Below are positions 11,191 to 25,436 of a stretch of DNA of 64,000 nt, piece by piece. Below the pieces are notes generated by a model, which did not search any database, was not told the origin of the DNA, and saw nothing but the letters and a program-made list of their open reading frames with translations. The position numbers and the translations under genes are program-made. Origin of the DNA: Octopus sinensis (lineage: Eukaryota); assembly GCF_006345805.1 (NCBI RefSeq), contig NC_043019.1, forward strand, positions 12,337,360-12,401,359, in the 5' to 3' direction. Position 1 is the stretch's first letter. Each line of letters begins with the position of its first letter.

Positions 11191-12033
11191 GATAATAGTT
11201 CTGTTCAATAAGGATCTTCTTTGGGCTAAACAACTACTGGCACCAGATAATGGAGGTGAAGAAGTTTTTGGATAAAGAATTGATGTGCAATGAGAATCCT
11301 GCCCCCTCCTCTGTCTCCCTAAACTTTTTAACTTTTTCCTTGCATTGTCTAAATCTGGTTGTTCAGGGATCTCTGGAATTTCACTGGCCCTTTATATCTC
11401 AACACCTCATTCCACTCTTCCAATGTTAGAAATGGGGGTGGGTGCCGCCCCCTCCCCACATAATCCCTCCTCCCATATAACAACAACTAGGTAGCTCCTT
11501 GTCCATGTTTCGGATCTGATGACAGCAGACTCCCCCCACTCAACCATCCTGCTTCTGCTTCACCTATAAAAAGTCCTAATGACCACCCACGAAGAGAGCA
11601 GAGAAAGTACTGGCAAAGTACTACACGGCCTACTACGGTGTTGAAGTGCTTCCTTTCTTCAAATGACATCTATTTTATATCTGTTATATATTGTAATAGA
11701 TATACCAGGTGGGGAGGGTGCAAGGTGGGACGGGTGCAGGCTGGGGTGCTCTCGGCATTGCTCCTTGGGTGTGCGATGGGTGGGTAGGCTTGATTACTCT
11801 GACAATGCCACTAACAACAACAGTGCTTTTTCCTCTTTTTCCTTTAATACCACCACCACTACTACCGCTACCATCGTTGTAGTTGATGTCGTAGTTAACT
11901 GTTGACACTATAGATGCCAGAGAGAACACCTCTGCTGCTGGGCCCCTCCCCTCAACCACCCCAAATTCCCTCACCTTTCACCGTTGCCTCTGCCAGTTGT
12001 CTCACCAATGAAACAGGACCACAACTAATAATG

Positions 12034-13440
12034 CCACAACCATCAGTACCACTACTACCACCACCAGCACAACCATCAGTACCACCACTACTACTACCAC
12101 CACCAACACAACCATCAGTACCACCACCGACACAACCACTATCACCATTGCCAACACAACTACTGTCACCACCGCCAACACAGCCATCAGTGCCGCTACT
12201 ACCACCACCAACACAACCATCAGTACCACTACTACCATCACCAACACAACCACTGTCACCACTGCCAACACAGCCATCAGAGCCATTAGTACCACTACCA
12301 CCACCACCAACACAACTACTGTCACCACCACCAACACAACCATCAGTACCACTACTACTTCTACCACTACAATCACAACCATCAGTACCACCACCACTAA
12401 CACAACCACTGCCAACACAGCCATCATTACCACTACTACCACCACCAACACAACCATCAGTACCACTACTACCACCACCAACACAACCATCAGTACCACT
12501 ACTACCACCACCAACACAACCATCAGTACCACCACTACCACCACCAACACAACCATCAGTACCACTACTACCACCACCAACACAACCATCAGTACCACTA
12601 CTACCACCACCAACACAACCATCAGTACCACTACTACCACCACCAACACAACCATCAGTACCACTACTACCACCACCAACACAACCATCAGTACCACTAC
12701 TACCACCACCAACACAACCATCAGTACCACTACTACCACCACCAACACAACCATCAGTACCACTACTACCACCACCAACACAACCATCAGTACCACCACT
12801 ACCACCACCAACACAACCATCAGTACCACTACTACCACCACCAACACAACCATCAGTACCACTACTACCACCACCAACACAACCATCAGTACCACTACTA
12901 CCACCACCAACACAACCATCAGTACCACTACACCCCACTACACCACCAACCAACATCAGTACCACTACTACCACCACCAACACAACCATCAGTACCACTA
13001 CACCACCACCACACAACCATCAGTACCACTACTACCACCACCAACACAACCATCAGACCACTACTACCACCACCAACACACCATCAGTACCACCACTACC
13101 ACCACACCAACACAACCATCAGTACCACTACTACCACCACCAACCAACCATCAGTACCACACTACCACCAACCAACACAACCATCAGTACCACCACTACC
13201 ACCACCAACACAACCATCAGTACCACTACTACCACCACCAACACACCATCAGTACCACTACTACCACCACCACACAACCATCAGTACCACTACTACCAAC
13301 CACACACAACCATCATTACCACTACTACCACCACCAACACAACATCAGTACCACTACTACCACCACCAACACAACCATCAGTACCACTACTACTACCACC
13401 AACACAACCATCAGTACCACCACTACTACTACTACCACCA
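12034..13440. repeat. 33-bp minisatellite
   Basis: Unit ccaccaccaacacaaccatcagtaccactacta, homogeneous in 12430-12930. Confidence 0.95.
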
Positions 13441-13619
13441 CTCACTACCGCCACTACCACCATCTTAAATATTAACATCGCCATCACCATTCTCATAGTT
13501 AGCTGTCATAACTATTAACTCTACCAACGGCACCCATATTGCCACACTACCACCACCACCACCACATTTATCATTAACTCTACATCGCCACTACCAAATG
13601 ATTAATTCTTCCAGCGTCA

Positions 13620-14125
13620 GCACTGCCGCCACCACCACTACCATCACCACCACCACCACCACCACCGTCATCTCTACTATCGTCATCACCACTGCCGCCG
13701 CCGCCGCCACCACCACCACCACCACCATATCCACTACCGTCACCACCACCACCACCATCTCTACTATCGTCATCGCCACTGCCGCCGCCGCCGCCGCCAC
13801 CATCATATCCACTACCGTCACCACCACCACCACCACACCACCACCACCGTCATATCCACTACCGTCACCACCACCGTCTTCACCGCCGCCGCCACCATCA
13901 TATCCACTACCGTCACCACCACCACCACCGTCATCTCTACTACCGTCACCACCACCGTCTTCACCGCCGCCGCCACCATCATATCCACTACCGTCACCAC
14001 CACCACCACCACCGTCATCTCTACTACCGTCACCAACACCGTCTTCACCGCCGCCACCAACACCGTCACTACCGTCACCACCGCCACCACCACCATCTCC
14101 ACTACCGTCACCACCGCCACCGTGT
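13620..14125. repeat. CCA/CCG-based higher-order repeat
   Basis: Recurring ctaccgtcaccaccacc blocks. Confidence 0.88.
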
Positions 14126-14417
14126 GCTGGCGCCGGACACCGGCTTCCATTGCTGCCACCATCCAACAGATTATTCTAAAGAACTTACCTGCCCTACTGA
14201 CCTGATTATTGGTTAAACCAGAAATAGTTTAACCTACTTTCCTGATAAAAACCATTTACTTACCACTAACATACAATTGAAGATTACACCGTCGTGGTGG
14301 TGGTGCTGGTGGCAGTAGTGTTATAGTGGTGGTGTCATGATATATCAGCGGTGGCATGCTGCTTCTCTGGTGGTGGTGGTGGTGGTGTTAGAAATAGTAA
14401 CAGCAGTGATGGTAGTG

Positions 14418-14985
14418 TTACATAACAGTGGTAGTGATATTAGTGGTGTTGGTATTGGTGGTAGTAGTAGTAATAGTAGTAGTGGTGCTGGTAGTGTTAT
14501 GTAACAGCAGTATTAGTGTTCTTGTTGTGGTGGTGATGGTGGTCATCGTGTTAGCAGCAGTAATAGTAGTAGTAGTAGTAGTAGTGGTATTGGTAGTGTT
14601 ATGTAACAGTAGTGGTATCAGTGGTGTTGATATTCTCACTGGTGTAGTAGTAGTAGTAGTAGTAGTAGCAGTGGTGGTATTGGTAGTGTTATGTAACAGT
14701 AGTGGTATCAGTGGTGTTGGTATTCTCATTGGTGTAGAAGTAGTACTAGTAGTAGTAGTAGTAGCAGTGGTGGTATTGGTAGTGTTATGTAACAGTAGTG
14801 GTATCAGTGGTGTTGATATTCTCACTGGTGTAGTAGTAGCAGTGGTGGTGGTATTGGTAGTGTTATGTAACAGTAGTGGTGTCAGTGGTGTTGGTATTCT
14901 CACTGGTGTAGTAGTAGCAGTGGTGGTGGTATTGGTAGTGTTATGTAACAGTAGTGGTATCAGTGGTGTTGATATTCTCACTGGT

Positions 14986-15016
<31 letters not shown>

Positions 15017-15195
15017 CAGTGGTGGTATTGGTAGTGTTATGTAACAGTAGTGCTTTCAGTGGTGTTGGTATTCTCATTGGTGTAGAAGTAGTACTAGTAG
15101 TAGTAGTAGTAGTAATAGCAGTGGTGGTATTGGTAGTGTTATGTAACAGCAGTAGTATTAAGTGTTGGAATTCTCATTGGTGTAGTAGCAGTAGT
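14418..15195. repeat. ~70-90-bp minisatellite with variable (GTA)n
   Basis: Recurring gtggtattggtagtgttatgtaacagtagtggtatcagtggtgttg. Confidence 0.92.
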
Positions 15196-15539
15196 GGTGG
15201 TAGTGCTGGTGGCGTCATGGTAACAGTGGTAGTATTGGTAGTGGTGATTATGGTGGTGGTGGGGGCAGACAGGGACATTGTTGGTGTAACAGTGCTGGTG
15301 TGGTGCTGCTCTTGGTGTTGATGTTGCTGTTGGTTGAGCTATGAGTTGTCGGTGGTGGTGGTGGTATAGGAGGTGGTGGTGGTAGTGACATAGGAGGTGG
15401 GGCAGCATGGTGGTGTTGTTGATATAATAATAATGGTGGTGGTGGTGGTGGTGGTGTTGTACAGGTGCTGGTACTGGTGGGATTTGTGGTGACAGTGGCA
15501 GAGTTCTGGTCTTGGCCATAGTAATTAGAGGTTGGGGAT

Positions 15540-15998
15540 GGTGTGTTATGCTGATGTGTGTGTGTATGCTGATGTGTGTATGCTGGTGTGTGTATGCTGG
15601 TGTGTGTATGTGTGTTATGCTGATGTATATGTGTGTGTGTGTGTGTATGCTGGTGGTGTGTGTGTGTATGCTGATGTGTATGTGTGTGTGTGTGTATGCT
15701 GATGTGTGTGTTGTTGCTGATGGTGTGTACATGTATGCTGATGTATGTGTGTGTGTGTGTGTATGCTTGTGTGTGTGTGTGTGTATGCTTGTGTGTGTGT
15801 GTGTGTGTATGCTGGTGTGTGTGTGTATGCTGATGTGTGTGTGTATGCTGATGTATGTGTGTGTGTGTGTTATGCTGATGTGTGTGTTATGCTGATGTGT
15901 GTGCATGTATGCTGATGTGTGTGTGTGTGTGTGTGTGTGTATGCTTGTGTGTGTGTGTGTATGTGTATGCTGATGTATGTGTGTGTGTGTGTGTGTGT
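15540..15998. repeat. (GT)n-atgctgat compound repeat
   Basis: Direct reading. Confidence 0.92.
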
Positions 15999-16894
15999 GC
16001 TACTTGATACTGGCTCTGTACAGCAGGTGGTAGTCCATTGCTGTTGTGGAACAATAATGATTACGCTGGCTGTAGTTGATGGTGGTGGTGGTGCTGGTAT
16101 TTAACCCTAGGTTGGCCCTCATCGAACAGACAGACCTGTGATCAAAGAGGTTCCGGCGAGGATCAACGCAGTCATCCTCCTATCTTTTTCGAAAAAGCCA
16201 GTTAAAGGTAAGGTGATTTGTGAGAGGCATTTGCTGCTATTTCTAAGCAAGACAGGCAACCATTTAGAGGACCCCTATCCACATGTGCTTAGGGACCCTT
16301 TTAATTGCCCCCTATAACAGCTTTGATGATAATGGTGCTGCTGCTGGTAGTGGTGGTGGTGAGGAAATTATTGCTGGTGTTTCTAAGCAAGACAAGCAGT
16401 CCTTTAAGAGGACCCCTTCCATGTGCGTGCGCTTGGGGCTCTATTAATTGCCCTTGTAGCAGCTTTCATGTTGATGGTATTGGAGTAGTGATGATGATAA
16501 TGATGATGATAATAATAATATAATAATAATAATAATAACAATAATAATGGTGGGGTGGAGAGGGAATTATTGCTGCTATTTCTAGCAAATCAGGCAGTCA
16601 CTTAGAGGAACCCCCTTCCTCCCTCCTTCCCTCTGTGGTAGGGGCTATTTTTAATTGTGTTAGTGGCAGCTTTCATGATGACGACGGTGGTGGTGATGAT
16701 GTAGATGATGATGATGATGATGATGATGACAGGCTGGAGAGATTACTGGAGTTAGCATTGTATTGTTGTTGTTGCTGTTGTTTTTGTTTAGCCCCAGGAT
16801 AGACCTGATTAGAGGCAGGCATACAATTAAAGGCTTTCCAGCTGTGACCATCTTGTATATTTTCTTATAGGAATCTAGGGCTACATTATCTAAT

Positions 16895-17365
16895 GCATCC
16901 TTCCTTTCTTTGTCTCTTTTCTTTCTTCCTCTCTCCATTTTTTCTTTCCTTCCTCTCTTTTTTCTTTCTTTCATTTTTCTTCCCTCCTTTCTTCTCGTCT
17001 TTCTTTCTTCCCCTCTTTCTTTCATTCTTCTCTTTCCTTCTTACTATCTTCCCCTCTTTCTTTATTTCTTCTCCCTTTCTTTCTCTTTCTTACCCTCCTT
17101 TCTTCTTTCTTTCCTACTTTCTTCCTTTTCTTTCTTTTCTTTCTTTCTTTCCTTCTTTCTTCCTTCCCTTTCTTTCTTATTTCTTTCTTTGTCTTTCTTT
17201 CCCTATTTCTTTCTTTCCCTATTTCTTTCTTTCTTTTTTTCTTCTTTCTGTCTTTATTTCCCTATCTCTTCCTTTCTTCCTTCCCCTTTCTTCCCCTTCT
17301 TTCATTCTTCCCCTCTCTTTCTGTCTTTCTTTCTTTATTTTATTTATTTATTTATTTATTTATTT
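16895..17365. repeat. Polypyrimidine low-complexity tract
   Basis: Direct reading; similar at 41520-42050 and 60030-60400. Confidence 0.93.
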
Positions 17366-18126
17366 AATTACTTGGTTTTCAAGACAATAATAGATGTGAT
17401 TTCAAAGAGATTTAGCTGCTATTTCTAACATTTCAAGCGACTGCATAAAGGTTCCAACCTTGCCTCCATCAGTATTGATAATGATGACGATGATGATAAT
17501 GATGATAGTTATAAGGAACATTATTGGCTGTAATCACTCCTGAAGTGGCGTCGGTGACAGTGGCAAGGGTGCTCATAATGTTAGCAGTGGTGATGGTGGT
17601 GGTGATGATGACACTGTTGCTGATGGTGTTGATAGTAATAGTAGTAGCAGCAGCAGTAGTAGTAGTAGTAGTAGCTACTGCTGCTGCTGGTGCTTTGGTA
17701 CCTCTTCCTATGTCTTCTGAATAAGTTGGCAGAGGTAGCATGGTGTGGCGTGCTCATAGCATGGAAACACCACCCCTGTTGCCACAGAGAAGTACCCTGC
17801 TAAACTATTAGCTGTGGAGTTCTGTTGCTGGAAGAGAAGACGATGATCTTCAACTGAAGGGTATATATATGTATATATATATATGAAATAGATTGTTGTG
17901 TGTGTGTGTAATATTTTGTCTTTAAACATGTTGGGTAGCTTTTTGGATTTGCAGAGAAACTTAACCCCGTGGCTAAGGGTACCTGTGGTACTCTCTCTAT
18001 TTGTGTGTTTATATATATAATTATAACTGTGTATGTGTGTGTATATATATATATACCTCCAACACTTGTATATATATATATGTGTGTGCGTGTGTGTGTA
18101 TATATCTATATATATATAAATGTGTA

Positions 18127-18157
<31 letters not shown>

Positions 18158-18187
18158 TAATGTGTATGTGTGTGTGTATTATATATA

Positions 18188-18239
<52 letters not shown>

Positions 18240-18306
18240 GTGTATGTGTGTATATATATATATAAATGTGAGTATATATGTATATATAAATGTGTATGTA
18301 TGTATG

Positions 18307-18339
<33 letters not shown>

Positions 18340-19030
18340 GTGTATATATGTTTGAATATATATGTATATATCTAGATATGTTTATATGTATCTTCTACTC
18401 TTGTTCCAGTCCTTAGACTGGCCATGCTGCAGCACTGCCTTGAAGAATTTTAGCAAAGTACATTTAGTCAAATTTTACTCAACCTTAGTACTTATTCTAA
18501 ATTTTTTTTTACAACCAATACTTATTCTTTCAGGCTCTTGGGCTGAACTGCTAAGTTATGGGGAGGTAGACAAACCAACACCGGTTGTCAAGCAGTGGTG
18601 GGACACACATAAATACACGTGAAAGGCTTCTTTCAGTTTCTGTTCACCAAATCTACTTGTAAATCTTTGGTTGACTTGAGGCTATATAGTAGAAGGCCGT
18701 GCTACAGGTGCCATGCCGTGGGGCTGAACCCAGAAACATGCAGTTGGGAAGCAGACTTGGGCAAGTTTCTTCTACTATAGTCCCTGCCCGATCAAAGCCG
18801 TGTGAGTGGTTTTGGTATATATATATATTATATGTAGAAAAATACAAAATGGGACAAGAACGTAAAACATTTAGAAGACACTACAAAAAACACGGACGGG
18901 ACATTTGAAGCCTTCAATCTTCAGTCAAGAACCGGATCATCCTCGCAATTTTGGCTGATACACACATACACACATATAGATCTGTATGTAAATATATATA
19001 TATATGTAACTATATATATGTAAATGTAAG

Positions 19031-19063
<33 letters not shown>

Positions 19064-19080
19064 GTGTAAATATATATATA

Positions 19081-19134
<54 letters not shown>

Positions 19135-19499
19135 GATATATAGAACTGAATTAAATGTATATATATATATATAAATGTGAGTGGATTTTGTAGATATGTA
19201 TGTACGTAAATATATTTGTATGTGTGTATGTATGTATGTATGTGAATATTTACCTGTATGTGTTCATGTAAATATATATATAGATATGTCTATTTGTGTG
19301 TGTATATATATATCTATATATGTATATATATATATATAATAAAAATAAATGTGAGTTTATATATAAATGCATACATCTATATATGTATGTGTGTATATAT
19401 ATATAAATGTATATAAATATGTAACTATACATATATATATATATACACACACATATATATGAATGTGCTTATATATGAATATGTGTGTGTGTGTGTATG

Positions 19500-19540
<41 letters not shown>

Positions 19541-19814
19541 AAAAACGGTCCTCTACCAGTGGTACGTTAAAAGGTACCATTCGAGCATGGTCGTTGCCAC
19601 TGCTGCTTGACCAGCCCCTATGACACTGGTACATAAAAAGCACACATGGTCAGAGTGGTTGGCGTTAGGAAGGGCATCCAGCTGTGGAAACTTTGCCAGA
19701 TCAAATTGTAGCCTGGTGCAGCCTCCTGGCTTGCCAGCCCTCAGTCAGACCGTCTAACCAAACCCATGCCAGCATCGAAATTAGTCATTAAAAGACAATG
19801 GGGATCTCTCTCTC

Positions 19815-19866
<52 letters not shown>

Positions 19867-20233
19867 ATATATATATAATATATATATATATAAGTATGTA
19901 TATATATAAGTATGTAACATATATATATATATAAATGTATATATATATATATATAAATATGTAACTATATATACATTATATATAATATAAATATGTAACT
20001 ATATATACATATATATATATATAAATATGTAACTATATATATACCTATATACATAAATTTATTTTCATAAAGCTTCCCGTTATATATATACATATATATA
20101 TATGTAAAAACGGTCCCCTGCCAGTGGCACCTTATAAGTACCATTCGAGCATGGTCGTTGCCACTGGTGCGTAAAAAGCACGCAATACATGCTCGGAGTT
20201 ATTTATATAAAAGTGTGTTTATATATATATAAG

Positions 20234-20260
<27 letters not shown>

Positions 20261-20264
<4 letters not shown>

Positions 20265-20632
20265 AAATAGGCAACAAGGATATCCAGAGGTAATGCAGTG
20301 CGATCATTTAATTGAACAATGCAAATATTACATCAATTTAAAATGTAGAGCAATTTTCAGCTGCATAAAAATATAGAATTTAGTTAACTTAACTAAATTT
20401 TAACTAAATTCTATATTTTTATGCAGCTGAAAATTGCTCTACATTTTAATTGATGTTATATTTGCATTGTTCAATTAAACGATTGTACTGCATTACCTCT
20501 GGATATCCTTGTTGCCTATTTTGATTATAATCACCTTATTTTTAATTATATGGATATAATACCATACTAAATTCTGGTGCCTTCAACTTAAGTACCATAT
20601 TCATCTGAATCTAAATTTTTGCTGAACTGATA
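20261..20632. mobile_element. Asymmetric foldback element in (TA)n
   Basis: About 126-bp near-perfect arms (20261-20387 / 20400-20525) plus a one-sided ~105-bp extension. Confidence 0.8.
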
Positions 20633-20660
20633 TAGTGTGTGTGGTGTGTGTGTGTGTATA

Positions 20661-20704
<44 letters not shown>

Positions 20705-20855
20705 TTATTTTTTCCGGTGGTCCGCTGAATTTCCTCTAGAGAACATTCTTTTCATTGTATTTGATCGTAGGTGATCTACTTCTAGCATACGGCTGACCAC
20801 TTAGTGGGTTTTTTAGCCCTTTAAATATACATACATATATATATATTTTTTAAGT

Positions 20856-20886
<31 letters not shown>

Positions 20887-21661
20887 TATATTGTGTGTGT
20901 GTGTGTGTATATATATATAATAAATATTTGTGTATATATAGTACATATATATAATATATATATTATATATATAGTCTATATATATATATCCATACATACA
21001 TACATACATACACACACATGTGTATGTTTACATGTAACCCATGCATATCTGTATGTTTACATTTGTGTGTGGGTGTGTTGGGTGTGTATATATATATAAA
21101 TAAATAATTGCAAAGATTCATGCATGCACATGTGTGTGTGTGTGTATACTTGTATACTTTAATGTATGTTTACATTGTGCACTTCTGCTTGTTTCTCTTT
21201 TGATTGTATTACAAACAGCCTGTGTGCACTCAGCATACACCCTTATACTGCCCACCCCCTACATACACTGCTGCCCCAGTTTCTTTCACTAGAGGACACT
21301 GACCAAGTTTGCAATGGTGTAGGGGTAGCAGCGATGATTCAAAACCCTCCTGTTGTTTCATATCTTGGACTGGGTATGGGTGCAAGTGTGGGGGGGTGAA
21401 ATGCAGTCGTGCCACTCAGAGAGACTGTCCCACCCCCACCTTTTTGTGCCTAGCATCCTATATGCCCCTCCGCCCTTCTTTTGTTTCCCTTTTTTTTTTT
21501 TTTTGCCTCGTAAGAGGTTCATTGCTCCCTAGTTTGTATTACAAATACTAAACTTCCTCTGCTGCTAGTTTTGTTACCGTTTTACTCTCTGTGTTGGTTG
21601 CTTCCTAAATTAAAGTCTAGCTAATTAAGGTAATTGTAATATTACTTCGCTGTTTGTTTAT

Positions 21662-22048
21662 CTGTGTGGTAAGTAGCTTGCTTACCAACCACATGGTTTC
21701 GGGTTCAGTCCCACTGCGTGGCACCTTGGGCAAGTGTCTTCTACTATAGCCTCGGGTCGACCAAAGCCTTGTGAGTGGATTTGGTAGACGGAAACTGAAA
21801 GAAGCCTGTCGTATATATGTATATATATATATATGTGTGTGTATATGTTTGTCCCCCCAACATCGCTTGACAACTGATGCTGGTGTGTTTACGTCTCAGT
21901 AACTTAGCGGTTCGGCAAAAGAGACCGATAGAATAAGTACTGGGCTTACAAAAAGAATAAGTCCCAGGGTCGATTTGCTCGACTATAAAGGCGGTGCTCC
22001 AGCATGGCCGCAGTCAAATGACTGAAACAAGTAAAAGAGTAAAGAGAA
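21662..22048 (+). mobile_element. SINE-A copy
   Basis: B box, body and (taaaagag)n tail. Confidence 0.9.
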
Positions 22049-22636
22049 AATGAAATGAAGAAAATGCCCCAACACACACGCACTCATACACACACACACT
22101 CTCATTCAGTCGTTCTCTCGTATTACTGACATCATAAATTTGGCTGCCCTACTAGCTTTTGTTCACACTTTGTGGTTGTTGTTGTGGTGGTTGGTTGTGA
22201 TCCAGTTGGGTGGTGGTGTCTCTGCACGGCCTCTGTGGGGCGTTTTGAAACGAGAAATGGTTGAGGTAGGAAAGGAATCATTCCCTTCTTTTTTTCTGTT
22301 TTTTTTCCTCTCTTTTCTTCTATCTGTTGTCTCTGTGGAATTGTCATTGTTGATGTTTAGCCCCGGGGCAGCTTTGATCCAGCAACTGGCAAACCTGCCA
22401 TTTGAAGGTATGCTAGCCTTGTTTAATTGATTTATAGGCAGACAGATAAATAGATAGGCAGCTAGATAGATGCATGCATACGATCATGATATCTGGGACT
22501 TTAAAGGTATTGTAGCCTTGTTAAATTGATAAATAGGTAGATCCATAGATAGACAGGTACATAGTACACACACACACACGCTACAAATGATCATGATATC
22601 TGGGACTTTGAAAATCAGCAAGCCCTTAAGATGTAA

Positions 22637-22859
22637 CCCTTTTGTTACCGTATTTATTTTGAGATGCTCTGTGTTTCTTTCAATTAATTTAAAATACATC
22701 AGAGTTGAGAGTAAAATAACATGGTTATCGTTAAGCTAGTGTTTGGAACATAAATTGTGACTAAGGTTTGGTGGAAGATTTTAATTGAGAACTTTCGAAA
22801 ACTGGACATTTGTCCTACAGAGCCAAAGGTGGTTTCAGCCAAGTTGGTAACAAACGGGG
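22637..22859 (+). mobile_element. piggyBac-type MITE family 1, diverged
   Basis: Colinear with 5701-5920; gtaa/ttaa flanks. Confidence 0.8.
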
Positions 22860-23099
22860 TTAAGATAATGGTTAAAACAAAACACTTTCTTCCCCAACCT
22901 GGGTCCCATGTAGGTGGTTAGTCAAAAATCTACTCTAAATTAAAAAGACAAAGAGAAGACAAACACACACACATACTTACACACGTGCTGTGTGCTTGCT
23001 GTTTTTATGTTGGCAGGGTGTGATTTGAAGGGGATTTAGCTGCTATTTCTCTGAAATTCGGTGATCACTCTATGAAGTTTTTCACTCATTGTGCACACA

Positions 23100-23290
23100 G
23101 GTGCAAGAGTGGCTGTGTGATAAGTTGCTTGCTTACCAACCACATGGTTCTGGGTTCAGTCCCACTGTGTGACACATTGAATGTGAGTGTCTTCTACTAT
23201 AGCCTCAGGCTGACCAAAGCCTTGTGAGTGGATTTGGTAGATGGAAACTGAAGGAAGCCTATCATATATATACATACACATGTTTGTGTG

Positions 23291-23325
<35 letters not shown>

Positions 23326-23920
23326 TATTTCTTTACTACCCACAAGGGGCTAAACACAGAGGGGACAAACAAGGACAGACAAACGGATTAAGTCGATTAC
23401 ATCGACCCCAGTGGGTAACTGGTACTTATTTAATCGACCCCGAAAGGATGAAAGGCAAAGTCGACCTCGGCGGAATTTGAACTCAGGACGTAACGGCAGA
23501 CGAAATACGGCTACGCATTTCGCCCGACGTGCTAACGTTTCTGCCAGCTCGCCGCCTTTATATATATATATTAGAAGAAATGAGGTAATCAGAAGATCGG
23601 ATGGTTCATATTTACAGATATTAATTTATATATTACATTTTTTACATATATATATCATATCATTCAGATCATTAGCGTTTCTCCCATTCTAGTGGGGTTT
23701 TCAAATCAAAATATATATATATGTGTGTCTGTGTCTCCCCACCATAGATTCAGAATTGATGTCGGTGTGTTTATGTCCCTGTAACTTAGCGGCTTGGCAA
23801 AAGAGACTGATAGAATAATAAGTACTAGGCTTACAAAGAATAAGTCCTGGGGTTGATCTGTTCAACTAAAGGCGATGCTCCAGCATGGCCACGGTCAAAT
23901 GACTGAAACAAATAAAAGTA
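23100..23920 (+). mobile_element. SINE-A with SINE-B (23326-23556, minus) and a TA-embedded element nested in its microsatellite
   Basis: Head at 23100, body resumes near 23722 after the inserts. Confidence 0.85.
23669..23708 (-). ncRNA. Degenerate hammerhead-like fold with U3-A8 core
   Basis: Minus strand tgat-TTGAAAA-c ccca ctagaa tggg a-GAAA-cgc-TA-atga; stems I and III imperfect. Confidence 0.35.
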
Positions 23921-24497
23921 TAAGCTTTGAAGCTAAATTGTTCAGAATAAGCTAAATCGCTGCCCGTTTCATTCATTCATTCATCCACCCCACATTCTAG
24001 GGTCCTATGTAAACAGAAAACTGGGTATGCGGGGGGTGCGGGGGGGGGGGGTTCCACAAAAAAACAAAAAAAAAAAACAAAAAAAAAGAAAAACAACAAA
24101 TAACTTTAGCATCTCTACCCCCCTCCCTTCTTTTAATATCCCTACCGCTGTCTCCACCTTCACTGATGGCCTTTTGTTCATTCACCCATTTTTATCTCTT
24201 CTACGTCCTCATATTTACAACTTTGTGCCCCCCCCCCCCCGCTTTGCTACTTTGTCACATGCAGATATACTTCTAGACTTTATTGTCGTAGGCTTTCACT
24301 TGCTTATAGGTTGACCTGTTTATGTCCCCTGTAACTTTGCAGTTTGGCAAAACGGATCGATAGAATAAGCACATGCTTTGGAGAAGGAAAAAAAAACCCC
24401 CCAAAAAATCCTGAGTTCAGTTTCTTTTGACTAAACCCTTCATGGTGGTGCCCCAGCATGGCCACAGTCCAATGACAGAAACAGGTAAATGATGAAA

Positions 24498-24653
24498 TAT
24501 GGCTATGTGGTAAGAAGCTTGCTTCCCAACCACATGGTTCTGGGTTCAGTCCTCCTGTGTGACATTTTAGCCAAGTGTCTGTTACTATAGCCTCGGGCTG
24601 ACCAAAGACCTGGGAGTGGATTTGGTAGAGGGAAATTGAAAGAAGCCTGTCGT

Positions 24654-24724
<71 letters not shown>

Positions 24725-25011
24725 TATATAACACACATATACACATATATATTATAGATATATATACACACATATACATACACACACATGTATGTGCCTT
24801 TGTGTTTATTTTTGTCTCCCATCATTGCTTAGTAAGCGATGTTGGTGTATTTACATCCCGTAACTTAGCAGTTCAGCAAAAGAACTGATAGAATAAGTAC
24901 CAGCTTTAAAAAAAGCATAAATACTGGAGTCAATTCGTTTGACTAAAATTCTTCAAGTTGGTGCTGCAGCATGGCCGCAATCTAATGACTGAAACAAGAA
25001 AAGGATAAAAG

Positions 25012-25012
<1 letters not shown>
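24498..25012 (+). mobile_element. SINE-A, older copy with expanded microsatellite
   Basis: Head, body and tail recognisable. Confidence 0.82.
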
Positions 25013-25047
<35 letters not shown>

Positions 25048-25238
25048 AGTGAATTGAAGAAATGGAGTTGAACGAAGATTGAACAGAAATATCAAAATTC
25101 AATTATCCGCACCAACGCACGGTTGCAACACCATATGGTTGTACCTCCAACCGTGCTGTCTTCTGCTGTGATTTTTGCTACCAGGTATCGGTTAAACTTT
25201 TGATTAATCTGCAACAAGATTATTCATCTTTCTATTTC

Positions 25239-25282
<44 letters not shown>

Positions 25283-25405
25283 TACGCACACACACGCACA
25301 CACATATATATTTCGTCCAACCCATGCTAGCATGGAAAGCGGACGTTAAACAATGATGATGATGATGATATTTACATTTGTGTGTGTGTGTGTGTCTGTG
25401 TGTGT

Positions 25406-25436
<31 letters not shown>

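Noticed and set aside
11490-11790. Open frame in unique sequence as an exon
   Set aside because: Weak acceptor, no donor, stop codon in the frame compatible with the 7349-7420 candidate
11914-13518. 534-aa proline-rich ORF and antisense Gly/Val-rich ORFs
   Set aside because: Translation of a 33-bp minisatellite, open in several frames on both strands; repeat register shifts inside it; no splice or domain support
18834-18960. TA-embedded insert with ctgaaga on minus strand as another hammerhead
   Set aside because: Could not pair stems or place GAAA correctly; kept only as a possible element fragment
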